Shown here: positions 20,775 through 31,042 of the stretch, piece after piece | Numbering within the stretch: position 1 is the first letter of the stretch | Layout of the letters: each line of letters opens with the position of its first letter | Origin: a bacterium | GTDB lineage: Bacteria; Bacteroidota; Bacteroidia; Bacteroidales; UBA3663 | NCBI GenBank assembly: GCA_963624265.1 | Contig: CAVFPF010000025.1 | Location: 2,075-66,074, forward strand | Direction of reading: 5' to 3' | Length of the DNA: 64,000 nt | Program-made: the position numbers and the translations under genes | The notes under the pieces: generated by a model | Told to the model about the DNA's origin: nothing | The model's database searches: none | The model's input: the letters and a program-made list of their open reading frames with translations, nothing else

Positions 20775-23663
20775 GTGAACGAGGGCAACATTTTCATCAA
20801 GGGTGCTCGTGTCAATAATCTGAAAAATATTGACGTAGAGATTCCGCGTGGGCGTTTGGTGGTCATTACGGGTCTTTCAGGGTCGGGCAAGTCGTCATTG
20901 GCTTTCGACACCCTGTATGCCGAAGGCCAAAGACGCTACGTGGAGTCTCTGTCTTCGTATGCCCGTCAGTTCTTGGGACGAATGGGCAAGCCTGAGTGCG
21001 ACTACATCTCGGGTATTCCGCCGGCCGTCGCCATTCAGCAAAAGGTTATCGTCCGCAACCCGCGAAGCACAGTTGGTACTTCTACTGAGATATATGACTA
21101 TCTGCGCCTGCTTTTCGCCCGCATTGGGAAGACCATATCCCCCATCAGCGGCTGTGAGGTGAAGCGCCACACGGTCGACGATGTGGTTGCCTGGGCGCAG
21201 CGTTTCCCCGACGGGACGAAACTCGCCGTACTGGTGACGGTCAGTCTGCCTGAAGGGCGGAGTTTGGCAGAGCATCTGGAGGTCTTGCAGAAATCGGGAT
21301 TTGCGCGCGCCGAAGTCAATGGCCGGTTTGTCAAACTTGAAGAGGTCTCTGCAGCTCCATTCCATTTGGTCGTCGACAGACTTAAGGTTCCTTTTGAGGA
21401 TGCCGCTTCGTTGAGCCGATTCAATGACTCGATAGAGACCGCCTTCTACGAGGGTGACGGAGAGATGATTCTCAAGGCCTGGACGCCACAGGGAGACTGC
21501 ACGGAGACAGTGTTCTCCAAGCGGTTTGAGGCTGACGGCATGCAGTTTGACGAGCCCTCTGACATGATGTTCAACTTCAATTCGCCTGTCGGTGCCTGTC
21601 CCGTGTGCGAGGGCTTCGGCAAGGTAATGGGCATCGATGAGGACCTGGTAGTCCCCAACAAGGCCCTTTCGCTGTACGAAGATGCTGTCGTATGTTGGCG
21701 TGGCGAGAAGATGGGCGAATGGAAGAGATATTTCATGTCCCGTTGCAGTGAAGTGGTACTAAGTGACGGACAGACATTCCCCATACACCGTCCGTATTAC
21801 CAATTGACACAAGAGCAGAAAGACCTTCTGTGGCATGGCTATCCGGCGGGCGTCATGAACCGCAAGCAGCGAGAAGCGGCATCAGAAACCAATCCGCAGA
21901 CGGGTTGGGAAGAGTCGAAGGTCGTGTACGGCATCGACGATTTCTTCCAAATGGTGCAGGAAAATCTGTACAAAATACAGTATCGCGTGATGCTGTCGCG
22001 CTACAGAGGACGGACCGTCTGTCCGGCATGTCATGGCGGAAGGCTCAAGAAAGAAGCCGGTTATGTCTATGTCTGCGGAAAAACGATAACGGAGATAGTC
22101 CGTATGAGTGTCTCCGAACTTATTCCCTGGTTTGACAACCTGCCGCTCAACGAAAGGGAGGCACAGGTGGCCAAACGCCTGCTGACTGAAATCCGGAACC
22201 GGCTGCGTTTTCTTGATGAAGTCGGACTTTCCTATTTGACCCTCGACCGTTTGTCCAACAGTCTTTCCGGAGGCGAAAGCCAGCGTATCAATTTGGCCAC
22301 GTCGCTGGGGTCGGCATTGGTGGGTTCCATGTACATCCTCGATGAACCGAGCATCGGCCTGCACAGTCGGGATACTGACCGGCTGATACATGTCTTGCGC
22401 GAGTTGCGTGACCAGGGCAATACGGTTATCGTCGTCGAGCATGACGAGGAGATAATCCGCGCAGCCGACTATCTGATAGATATCGGGCCGGAGGCTGGTG
22501 TCAATGGCGGTCAAATCGTCTATCAAGGCCCCCTAACGGATCTGACCAAGGGCGACAGCTACACAGCGCGGTTCTTCACCGGACGAGAGCGGATAGAAGT
22601 GCCGGCCATGCCTCGTCCGTGGAGCAGTTATATCAAAATCACGGGCGCCGTACAGAACAACTTGAAGGGCATTGATGTCAAAATCCCGCTGGGAGTAATG
22701 ACAGTGGTCACCGGAGTCTCAGGGTCCGGCAAGTCGACTTTGGTGCGCGACATCCTGTATAGGGGAATGCTCCGGCAATTGGGCGAGGCCGGCGACGCTC
22801 CTGGCGCTTTTGCAGGATTTGAGGGGGATGTGAGCCGCATCCGGCACATCGAATTTATAGACCAAAATCCAATCGGAAAATCTACGCGCAGCAATGCCGC
22901 TACTTATCTGAAAGCCTACGACGAGATCCGTCGGGTGTTTGCCGACCAGCCTTTGGCCAAACAACTTGGGTTTACCCCGGCAACGTTCTCCTTCAATGTC
23001 GAAGGCGGACGCTGTGAGGAGTGTAAAGGCGAAGGTAAGATAACAGTCGAGATGCAGTTTATGGCAGACCTTGAGATGGTCTGCGAGTCGTGTCACGGCA
23101 AGCGGTTCAACAGCGATGTGCTTGAGGTGAAATACAAGGGCAAAAGCATCGCCGATGTGCTTGACATGTCGGTCGACGAGGCTTTGGATTTCTTTGCCGA
23201 CATTCCGTCCGTGCAGTTGCGCCTTCTTCCCCTTCAGAAAGTCGGCTTGGGTTATATCAAGTTGGGGCAGTCGTCAAGCACGTTGTCTGGCGGCGAAAAC
23301 CAACGCGTCAAGCTGGCCTATTATCTGTCGCAGGAATCGTGGTCTGCCAAGTCTCCCGACGTTTCGTATCGCACACACGATGACAACCGCACGCTTTTCA
23401 TCTTCGACGAACCCACTACCGGCCTTCATCTGCACGATGTGCGGATTTTGCTACACGCCTTTGACGAGTTGCTACAGCACGGCCATACCCTGGTCATCAT
23501 CGAGCACAATCTGGATGTCATCAAGTGTGCAGACTATGTCATCGACTTGGGTCCAGAGGGAGGCGCAGAAGGCGGCAATCTGGTGTTTGAGGGCACACCT
23601 CGCGACCTGTGCCGCTGCAAGCGTTCTTATACCGCTAAATATCTGAAATCGAAATATGAATAA
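20775..23663 (+). CDS. uvrA: Excinuclease ABC subunit A homolog
   Basis: [46 protein letters not shown], two ABC modules, and zinc-finger Cys pairs. The start codon is apparently GTG. I cannot tell whether this is the canonical UvrA or a paralog. Confidence 0.9.
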   Translation: MNEGNIFIKGARVNNLKNIDVEIPRGRLVVITGLSGSGKSSLAFDTLYAEGQRRYVESLSSYARQFLGRMGKPECDYISGIPPAVAIQQKVIVRNPRSTVGTSTEIYDYLRLLFARIGKTISPISGCEVKRHTVDDVVAWAQRFPDGTKLAVLVTVSLPEGRSLAEHLEVLQKSGFARAEVNGRFVKLEEVSAAPFHLVVDRLKVPFEDAASLSRFNDSIETAFYEGDGEMILKAWTPQGDCTETVFSKRFEADGMQFDEPSDMMFNFNSPVGACPVCEGFGKVMGIDEDLVVPNKALSLYEDAVVCWRGEKMGEWKRYFMSRCSEVVLSDGQTFPIHRPYYQLTQEQKDLLWHGYPAGVMNRKQREAASETNPQTGWEESKVVYGIDDFFQMVQENLYKIQYRVMLSRYRGRTVCPACHGGRLKKEAGYVYVCGKTITEIVRMSVSELIPWFDNLPLNEREAQVAKRLLTEIRNRLRFLDEVGLSYLTLDRLSNSLSGGESQRINLATSLGSALVGSMYILDEPSIGLHSRDTDRLIHVLRELRDQGNTVIVVEHDEEIIRAADYLIDIGPEAGVNGGQIVYQGPLTDLTKGDSYTARFFTGRERIEVPAMPRPWSSYIKITGAVQNNLKGIDVKIPLGVMTVVTGVSGSGKSTLVRDILYRGMLRQLGEAGDAPGAFAGFEGDVSRIRHIEFIDQNPIGKSTRSNAATYLKAYDEIRRVFADQPLAKQLGFTPATFSFNVEGGRCEECKGEGKITVEMQFMADLEMVCESCHGKRFNSDVLEVKYKGKSIADVLDMSVDEALDFFADIPSVQLRLLPLQKVGLGYIKLGQSSSTLSGGENQRVKLAYYLSQESWSAKSPDVSYRTHDDNRTLFIFDEPTTGLHLHDVRILLHAFDELLQHGHTLVIIEHNLDVIKCADYVIDLGPEGGAEGGNLVFEGTPRDLCRCKRSYTAKYLKSKYE

Positions 23664-24636
23664 GGAAGAACTGCGGATAGTCTATATGGGGACTCCGGAC
23701 TTTGCCGTTCCGTCTCTTGATGCCCTTGTGCAGGGCGGATATAATGTAGTGGGCGTCATCACGATGCCTGACAAGCCGGCCGGCCGAGGCCATAAGGTGC
23801 AGTATTCGCCGGTCAAGGAGTATGCCCTTGCCCACAACCTGCCTTTGCTGCAACCCGAGCGACTCAAGGACGAGACCTTCCTGTCAGACCTAAAGGCCTG
23901 GCATGCCGATCTCCAGATTGTCGTAGCATTCCGGATGTTGCCCGAAGTCGTATGGAATATGCCGCGTTGCGGCACCTTCAACCTGCATGCCGCACTGTTG
24001 CCGCAATACCGAGGTGCAGCTCCTATCAATTGGGCCGTAATGAACGGCGATATCAAGACGGGAGTCACTACGTTCTTCCTGGACCACGATATAGATACGG
24101 GACGTGTCATACTTAAGGAGGAGACCGCCATTGCGCCCGACGAGTGTGTCGGCTCGGTGCACGACCGCCTCATGGAGTTGGGCAAGGGACTGGTGCTCCG
24201 CACCGTAGACCTTGTGCTGGAGGCCGGCGGAGAGATTGACCGTATCCCTACCATCAGTCAGGATGCGATGATGAATGACCTTGTGGCGGCTACGGGAATA
24301 GCCGAACTGAGGCCTGCGCCGAAGATATTCAAGGAAACATGCCACATCGATTGGAAAACGTCAAGCCGGAACATTTACAACCAAGTGCGCGGTCTGTCGC
24401 CTTATCCTGCAGCCTGGACAGAACTGACGTTGTCGTCGGGAGACATTCTGTCGCCCGTCAAGGTGTTTCGCGTAAGTGAAGTGGAGGGCAAGGCCGAGCC
24501 TGGAACCATCACGAGTGACGGCAAGAACTACATCCACGTCGGTTGTGCAGATGGTGTCATTGCCCTTGAAGAACTGCAGTTGCCGGGCAAAAAACGCATG
24601 GACGTTAAGGCTTTCCTCAACGGATTCCGGTTATAG
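23656..24636 (+). CDS. fmt: Methionyl-tRNA formyltransferase
   Basis: RIVYMGTPDFAVPSL, HAALLPQYRGAAPINWAVMNG. It overlaps the uvrA stop by 8 nt. Confidence 0.92.
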   Translation: MNKEELRIVYMGTPDFAVPSLDALVQGGYNVVGVITMPDKPAGRGHKVQYSPVKEYALAHNLPLLQPERLKDETFLSDLKAWHADLQIVVAFRMLPEVVWNMPRCGTFNLHAALLPQYRGAAPINWAVMNGDIKTGVTTFFLDHDIDTGRVILKEETAIAPDECVGSVHDRLMELGKGLVLRTVDLVLEAGGEIDRIPTISQDAMMNDLVAATGIAELRPAPKIFKETCHIDWKTSSRNIYNQVRGLSPYPAAWTELTLSSGDILSPVKVFRVSEVEGKAEPGTITSDGKNYIHVGCADGVIALEELQLPGKKRMDVKAFLNGFRL

Positions 24637-24745
24637 CAAAAACGGACTCCAGTTGTTTGGAGGATAGAGAAAGCACGCCTCATCTGAAGGTTCTCTCGAG
24701 GCTAAAAGTGCTTGTATAATCCCTTTCGAATAGTTTTCAAGACAA

Positions 24746-25513
24746 TCAGCCGTCTTGATGGGTTTCGGCTTCCAGTGCTTGCCAGAGAGTATCTGCCGGC
24801 ACGGGAGCCGTTACTTGTATTTCCTCTTTGCTGACTGGGTGAACGAAGGCCGCATGCCGCGAGTGAAGAGAGATGCCGCCATCGGTGTTGCTGCGCGGAG
24901 CTCCGTATTTAAGGTCACCCTTGATGGGGATGCCGATGTGCGACAGTTGGCATCTGATCTGGTGATGACGGCCTGTGTAGAGGTTGACTTCCAACAGTGC
25001 GTAGCGGATGCCCGAGGCAATGACCTTGTAATGCAACCGGGCTTCCTTACATTCTTTTTGCGGAGCATGCCGCATGGCTTCCTCCAGCGTGTTGTAGGCA
25101 TAACTGCGGTTGGCCTTCTCGTTGCGTACAAGCCAGTGCTTTAAGTCTGCCTCGGCAGGCACGGCCCGTTCGCTACGGCTAAAAGCCGCGACGTCGACGA
25201 CGGCCCAATACGTCTTGTGCACTTCGCCATTCGCAAACATGCGGTTCATACGTTCAAGGGCTTTCGAGGTCTTGGCAAAGATGACCAGTCCTGTCGTCGG
25301 ACGATCCAGACGATGCGTGACCCCCAAGAACACGTTGCCTGGCTTAGCATCCCGTTCCTTGATGAAACTCTTCAGCGTTTCCGACAGAGGTTCGTCGCCC
25401 GTTTTGTCGCCTTGCACGATTTCGTGGCAGTTCTTGTTGACGATGAGCAGATGGTTGTCTTCGTAGATGATTTGCATGGCCGCAAATATAATGTTTTTCG
25501 CGCAATCAAACAT
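24746..25513 (-). CDS. RluA-family RNA pseudouridine synthase
   Basis: Catalytic motif HRLDRPTTGLVIFAKT. An alternative start at 25477 (MQIIYEDNHLLIVNK) is possible. Confidence 0.85.
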   Translation of the reverse strand: MFDCAKNIIFAAMQIIYEDNHLLIVNKNCHEIVQGDKTGDEPLSETLKSFIKERDAKPGNVFLGVTHRLDRPTTGLVIFAKTSKALERMNRMFANGEVHKTYWAVVDVAAFSRSERAVPAEADLKHWLVRNEKANRSYAYNTLEEAMRHAPQKECKEARLHYKVIASGIRYALLEVNLYTGRHHQIRCQLSHIGIPIKGDLKYGAPRSNTDGGISLHSRHAAFVHPVSKEEIQVTAPVPADTLWQALEAETHQDG

Positions 25514-25616
25514 TTTTTTGTCAAAAAAAAGACAAAAACTCCATTTTGCTCCGTTTTTTTGTTCGTTGTTCTTACTTTATGACTATCTTTGCCGTCAGAT
25601 TGAGGCGGAAACATGT

Positions 25617-26591
25617 ATGGGACACAAATATCATAGCAACGACAGTCTGGCCGAACTGATAGGCGCTGACTTTAAGTTACTGCAGGTGATGAGCCGTTTC
25701 GGCATCGCCCTGGGCTTTGGCGACAAGACCGTCGAAGAGGTTTGCCGGGACAATAATGTCGACACCGACACATTCCTGGCTGTATGTAACTTTGTCAGTC
25801 AGGGACTAAAGCCTTCGTACGATGAGTACATGTCGCTCCATGTAGAGGGCCTGTTGACGTATTTGCGCAACAGCCACTCCTTTTTCCTCGACTTTGAGTT
25901 GCCTGCCATACGCCGCAAGTTCGTCAATGCGGTCGACTGTTCGACGCACAATGAAATCGGCTTTCTGATTCTGAAGTTCTTTGACGACTATGTGGCCGAA
26001 ATCAAGCATCACCAGGAGTACGAGTCTGAGCACTTCTACCAATATGTTGACGGACTTATGCGCGGCAAGCGTCCTGCCGATGTGAGCCTGCAGCACTTCG
26101 AGGACGATCTGGATCACCGTAATGACGACAAGATGATCAGTCAGAAGCTGACCGACCTGAAGAACATCATCATCCGCTATTCGCCCACATCGGCCAACAA
26201 GGAGATTCTCAACGAGGCATTGCTCAACTTGTTTGAGTTTGAGAAGGATATGGACAGCCACACGCAGCTCGAAGATACAGTCTTCATCCCGATTGTGTCG
26301 ATGCTGGAGAGTCAGGTCGACGTCAGCGAGGAGGAACTGGAGCCGGAGGCCAAAAAGGGCGAGAAGGATATCTTGAGCCAGCGTGAGAAGGAGATTATCA
26401 TGGGAGTGGTCAAAGGCCAGACGAACAAGGAGATTGCCGATTCGCTTTTCATTGCCACCCATACCGTCTTGACCCACCGGCGCAACATCGCCAAGAAACT
26501 CGACATCCACACACCTGCCGGACTGGTGATTTATGCCATCGTGCACGGCATCGTGCAGGTTGACGACATCAAGACACTGCAATACAACTGA
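25617..26591 (+). CDS. One-component regulator with an N-terminal ScdA_N-like segment, a hemerythrin-like (RIC-type) domain and a C-terminal LuxR-type HTH
   Basis: The start was moved to the ATG at 25617 (MGHKYHS). His/Glu-rich blocks are HSFFLDFE, HHQEYESEH and SHTQLEDTVFIP. The C-terminus LSQREKEIIMGVVKGQTNKEIADSLFIATHTVLTHRRNI is a LuxR/GerE HTH. Confidence 0.65.
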   Translation: MGHKYHSNDSLAELIGADFKLLQVMSRFGIALGFGDKTVEEVCRDNNVDTDTFLAVCNFVSQGLKPSYDEYMSLHVEGLLTYLRNSHSFFLDFELPAIRRKFVNAVDCSTHNEIGFLILKFFDDYVAEIKHHQEYESEHFYQYVDGLMRGKRPADVSLQHFEDDLDHRNDDKMISQKLTDLKNIIIRYSPTSANKEILNEALLNLFEFEKDMDSHTQLEDTVFIPIVSMLESQVDVSEEELEPEAKKGEKDILSQREKEIIMGVVKGQTNKEIADSLFIATHTVLTHRRNIAKKLDIHTPAGLVIYAIVHGIVQVDDIKTLQYN

Positions 26592-26641
26592 ACTCAAATA
26601 GTATTCAATAATAATTTATTAATCTAAAAACAACTAACATT

Positions 26642-27676
26642 ATGGCATTAATGGATCAGCTCGTTGCTAAGGCCAAAGCCAACAAGCAGCGCATTGTCCT
26701 CGCTGAGGGCACAGAGCCTCGGACTATTCAGGCCGCTGACCGCATCATTGGTGACGGCGTGGCAGACATTGTCTTAATTGGCGCCAAGAGCGAAATCGAC
26801 GCTCTTGCCAAAGAGTACAATCTTAAGAACATCGACAAGGCTACCATTGTGGAGCCCGACAACAATCCTAACGCACAGAAATATGCAGACTTGCTCTTCA
26901 AGCTCCGCGAGAAGAAGGGTTTGACCCGCGAGCAAGCCGACGCATTGGTCAAGAACCCTCTCTATCTGGGCACGTTGATTATCAAGAGCGGAGAAGCTGA
27001 CGGTCAGGTGGCCGGTGCCCGCAATACAACGGGCGACGTGCTCCGTCCTGCTCTTCAGATTATCAAGACTGCTCCCGGCATCTCATGCGTGAGCGGTGCT
27101 TTCATCATGATTATGGACAACGAAGCCGCCAAGGCTTATGGCAAGAACGGCATCCTTGTATTCGCCGACTGCGCCGTTACTCCCAACCCAGAGGCTCCGC
27201 AACTTGCTCAGATTGCTGTTTGCTCAGCACAGACAGCCCACGATATCGCTGGCATCGAGACTCCTGTTGTCGGTATGCTCAGCTTCTCGACCAAGGGTTC
27301 TGCCAAGCATGAGATGGTCGACAAGGTAGTCGAGGCCACACGTTTGGCCAAGGAGCTCAATCCCGACCTGCAGATTGACGGCGAACTCCAGGCAGACGCA
27401 GCCATTGTGCCTTCTGTAGGCGCCAGCAAGGCCAAAGGTTCGACAATCGCCGGCCACTGCAACACGTTGGTATTCCCTTCTCTCGAGGTAGGCAACATCT
27501 GCTATAAGCTCGTGCAGCGTCTCACTGGCGGCACAGCCGTCGGTCCTATCCTGCAGGGTATCGCCGCTCCGGTCAACGACCTCAGCCGCGGATGCAATGT
27601 TGACGAGGTCTATCAGACCATCGTTGTCACCTGCAACCAGGCCATCGGTGCCAAGGAACGCGCAGCTAAGAAATAA
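26642..27676 (+). CDS. pta: Phosphate acetyltransferase
   Basis: 344 aa with a typical Pta C-terminal core (RIVLAEG.E.RT..AA, GARNTTGDVLRPALQ, DLSRG). It lies upstream of ackA. Confidence 0.92.
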   Translation: MALMDQLVAKAKANKQRIVLAEGTEPRTIQAADRIIGDGVADIVLIGAKSEIDALAKEYNLKNIDKATIVEPDNNPNAQKYADLLFKLREKKGLTREQADALVKNPLYLGTLIIKSGEADGQVAGARNTTGDVLRPALQIIKTAPGISCVSGAFIMIMDNEAAKAYGKNGILVFADCAVTPNPEAPQLAQIAVCSAQTAHDIAGIETPVVGMLSFSTKGSAKHEMVDKVVEATRLAKELNPDLQIDGELQADAAIVPSVGASKAKGSTIAGHCNTLVFPSLEVGNICYKLVQRLTGGTAVGPILQGIAAPVNDLSRGCNVDEVYQTIVVTCNQAIGAKERAAKK

Positions 27677-27705
27677 CATTGAGAGGACATTATAAAGGTT
27701 AGAAA

Positions 27706-28899
27706 ATGAAGATTCTAGTTTTGAACTGCGGTTCTTCGAGTCTGAAGTACAAATTGTTCGACGAGAAGAAAGTGATAGCACAGGGCGGTGTTGAGAAAAT
27801 CGGTCTGCCTGACTCATTCCTGAAATTGGTGAAACCTGACGGCGAAAAGGTTATCCTGGAGTATAGCATGCCCGAGCACACTGCCGCTGTCGGCTTTGTG
27901 TTCAAACAGCTTCTCTCCAAGGAGTACGGTGTCCTCAACTCGGTCGACGAAATCGGAGCTGTAGGTCATCGTGTGCTCCATGGTGCCATGAAGGTTACGG
28001 GTTCGTGCCTCGTCACAGACGAAATCATCGAAGTGATTAAAGAGTGTGCCGTTCTCGGCCCTCTGCACAACCCCGCCAACCTCAAGGGCATTATGGCTGT
28101 CAAGGAGCTGATGCCCAATTGCCCACAGGTGGCCGTTTTCGACACGGCATTCCATCAGACAATGCCCGAGAAGGCTTATATGTATGCCATTCCCTACGAG
28201 CTCTATCAGAAGTGGGGTGTGCGCCGTTATGGTTTCCACGGCACATCGCATCGCTTCGTAAGTAAGCGTGCAATCGAGTACTTGGGTCTTGACCCAAACA
28301 ATTCGAAACTCATCGTTGCACATATCGGCAACGGAGCCTCGATGTCGGCTGTCGTCAATGGCAAGTGTGTCGACACCTCTATGGGTCTTACTCCGCTTGA
28401 GGGTCTCGTGATGGGCACCCGCTCCGGAGATATCGACGCCGCTGCCGTCCTCTTCCTGATGGAGAAGGAAGGCTATACCGCCGAGCAGATGGACACTGTA
28501 CTCAACAAGAAGTCAGGCATGCTGGGCCTGTGCGGTTCGAGCGACATGCGCGATGCTGCACAGAAGATGGTGGACGGCGACGAGCGGGCCAAGATGGCTA
28601 TGGATGTATATTGCTACCGCATCAAGAAGTATATTGGCTCGTATGCCGCTGCTATGGGCGGTCTCGATGCCATTGCCTTTACGGGCGGTGTGGGCGAGAA
28701 TCATTCGTATGTCCGCGAGCAGGTGCTCAAGGATATGGAGTTCCTTGGCATCAAGATGGACCCTGCCAAGAACCAGGCCATACATGGCGACGAGGCCATT
28801 ATCTCTACACCCGACTCAAAGGTTACGGTGGCCGTCGTTCCTACCGACGAGGAGCTTATGATTGCTACCGACACTAAGGAGATTGTTTCGAAGCTGTAA
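27706..28899 (+). CDS. ackA: Acetate kinase
   Basis: MKILVLNCGSSSLKY, HRVLHG, FHGTSH, VAHIGNGAS. Confidence 0.95.
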   Translation: MKILVLNCGSSSLKYKLFDEKKVIAQGGVEKIGLPDSFLKLVKPDGEKVILEYSMPEHTAAVGFVFKQLLSKEYGVLNSVDEIGAVGHRVLHGAMKVTGSCLVTDEIIEVIKECAVLGPLHNPANLKGIMAVKELMPNCPQVAVFDTAFHQTMPEKAYMYAIPYELYQKWGVRRYGFHGTSHRFVSKRAIEYLGLDPNNSKLIVAHIGNGASMSAVVNGKCVDTSMGLTPLEGLVMGTRSGDIDAAAVLFLMEKEGYTAEQMDTVLNKKSGMLGLCGSSDMRDAAQKMVDGDERAKMAMDVYCYRIKKYIGSYAAAMGGLDAIAFTGGVGENHSYVREQVLKDMEFLGIKMDPAKNQAIHGDEAIISTPDSKVTVAVVPTDEELMIATDTKEIVSKL

Positions 28900-28934
28900 T
28901 CTGCAGCCGACTGCATCTTTTGCATATAAAGGTT

Positions 28935-28961
28935 CTGCAATGCCTTTCAACAGCATTGCAG
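28935..28961 (+). terminator. Intrinsic terminator after ackA
   Basis: CTGCAATGC-ctttcaaca-GCATTGCAG followed by gaccttttt. Confidence 0.7.
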
Positions 28962-29083
28962 GACCTTTTTCGTTAATCTTTCTCCCGTCGGGCATTGGTT
29001 AACGCTGATTATATTTGACCGACACACCTTACTCTTAGGATTACTATTGCTTGTAATCGTCAATACCAGTAGTTGCATTCTAT

Positions 29084-29163
29084 GTTCAGTATCATTGAAC
29101 TTACGTTCAAAGGCATTGAACCTGTATTCAAAGGCTTTGAACATAAGTTCAGAGCCTTTGAAC
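29084..29163. repeat. Four 17-bp palindromes (GTTCA-N7-TGAAC) at an exact 21-bp period
   Basis: gttcagtatcattgaac (29084), gttcaaaggcattgaac (29105), attcaaaggctttgaac (29126), gttcagagcctttgaac (29147). Each is separated from the next by 4 nt. Confidence 0.9.
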
Positions 29164-29270
29164 TAAGAAACAAAATGGTTGTATGCAAGAAGTAGTACGT
29201 ATTCGTTGCCAAACAAGCAGTAAAATATAATCTGACTTATTAACAAGGCTGTCTTTGTGTGACAAGATAA

Positions 29271-29310
29271 AACCCTCGTCTGTGTGTTAGCTTACACACA
29301 GACGAGGGTT
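29271..29310 (-). terminator. Intrinsic terminator after gdhA
   Basis: Perfect 16-bp stem AACCCTCGTCTGTGTG / CACACAGACGAGGGTT with an 8-nt loop, followed on the - strand by TTTATC. Confidence 0.75.
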
Positions 29311-29364
29311 ATGAGGTAACGTCCGTCTTGTGAAAAGGCGAACGCCTGTAGTGTTGGAGTCTGT

Positions 29365-30702
29365 TTAGAAGACGCCCTGAGCCATCATGGCCTTGGCCAC
29401 CTTCATGAAGCCGGCAACATTGGCACCCTTGACGTAGTCTACGTAGCCGTCAGGACGGGTTCCGTACTTCACGCAGTTCTCGTGAATGTCGTTCATGATG
29501 CGATGGAGCTGGTTGTCAACCTCTTCGGCAGTCCAAGAGAGACGCTCAGAGTTCTGCGACATCTCAAGACCTGATACGGAAACACCGCCGGCATTGGCAG
29601 CCTTGCCAGGAGCATAGAGAATCTTGGCCTCCTGGAATACGCGGATAGCGCCGGGAGTACAAGGCATGTTGGCACCCTCGGAAACGGCATAGATACCATT
29701 GGCTACGAGAGCCTTGGCAGCCTCCTCGTTGACTTCGTTCTGTGTAGCAGAAGGAAGGGCGATGTCGGCCTTCTCGTTCCAGGGCTTTGCACCCTCAACA
29801 TACTTGGCATGAGGATATTTGTCAAGATACTCCTTGATACGGCCACGGTTCACCTGCTTGATTTCGAAGATGTAGTCGAGCTTCTCGCGGTCGATTCCTT
29901 CCGGATCGTAGATGTAGCCGTCAGAGTCAGACATGGTCATCGGGATACCGCCAAGCTGGAGCACTTTCTCGGCTGTGTACTGTGCAACGTTGCCGGCGCC
30001 AGAGATGAGCACCTTCTGGCCCTTGAGGCTCTTGCCCACACGGGCGAGCATGTTGCAGAGGAAGTATACATTGCCGTAACCGGTAGCCTCGGGACGGATC
30101 AGCGAACCGCCGAACTCGCGGCCCTTGCCAGTCAGCACGCCCTCAAACTGACGGGTGTACTTCTTGTAAGCACCGAACATATAGCCTACCTCGCGGCCAC
30201 CTACGCCGATATCGCCGGCAGGAACGTCGCAGTTAGGACCGATGTGACGTGTCAACTCGAGCATAAAGGCCTGGCAGAAACGCATTACCTCGGCATTTGA
30301 CTTGCCGCGTGGCGAGAAGTCAGAACCGCCCTTTGCACCGCCCATAGGCAGAGTGGTCAGAGAGTTCTTGAAAGTCTGCTCGAAAGCCAAGAACTTCAGG
30401 ATGCTGAGGTTAACTGACTTGTGGAAACGGATACCTCCCTTGTAGGGGCCGATGGCATTGTTGTGCTGGATACGGTAGCCCATATTGGTCTGGATGTTGC
30501 CTTTGTCGTCCATCCAGCTTACACGGAACTGATAGATTCTGTCGGGGATGCAGAGACGCTCCACAAGGTTGACCTTGTCAAACTCAGGGTGCTTGTTGTA
30601 CTCCTCCTCGATGGTATCGAGGACTTCGCTCACTGCCTGGTGGTACTCAGGCTCGTTGGGGAATCGCTGCTTCAGATTCTCAAGAACTTTTTTTGCGTCC
30701 AT
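29365..30702 (-). CDS. gdhA: NAD(P)-specific glutamate dehydrogenase
   Basis: 445 aa with GPYKGGIRFH, PMGGAKGGSDF and GAGNVAQY motifs. Confidence 0.95.
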   Translation of the reverse strand: MDAKKVLENLKQRFPNEPEYHQAVSEVLDTIEEEYNKHPEFDKVNLVERLCIPDRIYQFRVSWMDDKGNIQTNMGYRIQHNNAIGPYKGGIRFHKSVNLSILKFLAFEQTFKNSLTTLPMGGAKGGSDFSPRGKSNAEVMRFCQAFMLELTRHIGPNCDVPAGDIGVGGREVGYMFGAYKKYTRQFEGVLTGKGREFGGSLIRPEATGYGNVYFLCNMLARVGKSLKGQKVLISGAGNVAQYTAEKVLQLGGIPMTMSDSDGYIYDPEGIDREKLDYIFEIKQVNRGRIKEYLDKYPHAKYVEGAKPWNEKADIALPSATQNEVNEEAAKALVANGIYAVSEGANMPCTPGAIRVFQEAKILYAPGKAANAGGVSVSGLEMSQNSERLSWTAEEVDNQLHRIMNDIHENCVKYGTRPDGYVDYVKGANVAGFMKVAKAMMAQGVF

Positions 30703-30792
30703 TGAATTGTTTGTTTAGGATTATGTGAATGTAAGTGTGTAGTCAAAACCTTAATAATGTCAGACGGCACGGCAAGTCGTGCAATCTGGCGG

Positions 30793-30800
30793 CAAAGGTA
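30793..30800 (-). promoter_or_regulatory. Candidate -7 box (TACCTTTG) for gdhA
   Basis: The - strand reads TACCTTTG, matching TAnnTTTG, about 90 nt upstream of the gdhA ATG. Confidence 0.35.
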
Positions 30801-30978
30801 GAGAAAAGAAATCACACTGCCAAATATTTTTTGCAAAAAATAATCAAAAGCAAAGAAAAAATGGAAAAAAGACTGATTTTATCGAAAGTTTATGCAAAAT
30901 GTCACTTTTTTTGCGAAATAATGTCAACAATAATTTGAAATTATTCCGCTTGCGTTTCGTTTTTTCGTTCAAATTGCT

Positions 30979-30986
30979 TATCTTTG
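30979..30986 (+). promoter_or_regulatory. Candidate -7 box (TATCTTTG) for polA
   Basis: TATCTTTG lies about 57 nt upstream of the polA ATG. Confidence 0.35.
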
Positions 30987-31042
30987 CGGCAAGTTGTCAT
31001 GGTAATTAATGACAATTAGTCATAATTATTAATAATGAGAAG

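Noticed and set aside
28947-29144. A 65-aa - strand ORF whose N-terminus (MFKAFEYRFNAFERKFN) looks repetitive.
   Set aside because: The repetitive peptide is just the translation of the 21-bp palindrome array. The ORF also runs through the ackA terminator hairpin. Coding potential is not supported, although a micro-ORF cannot be formally excluded.
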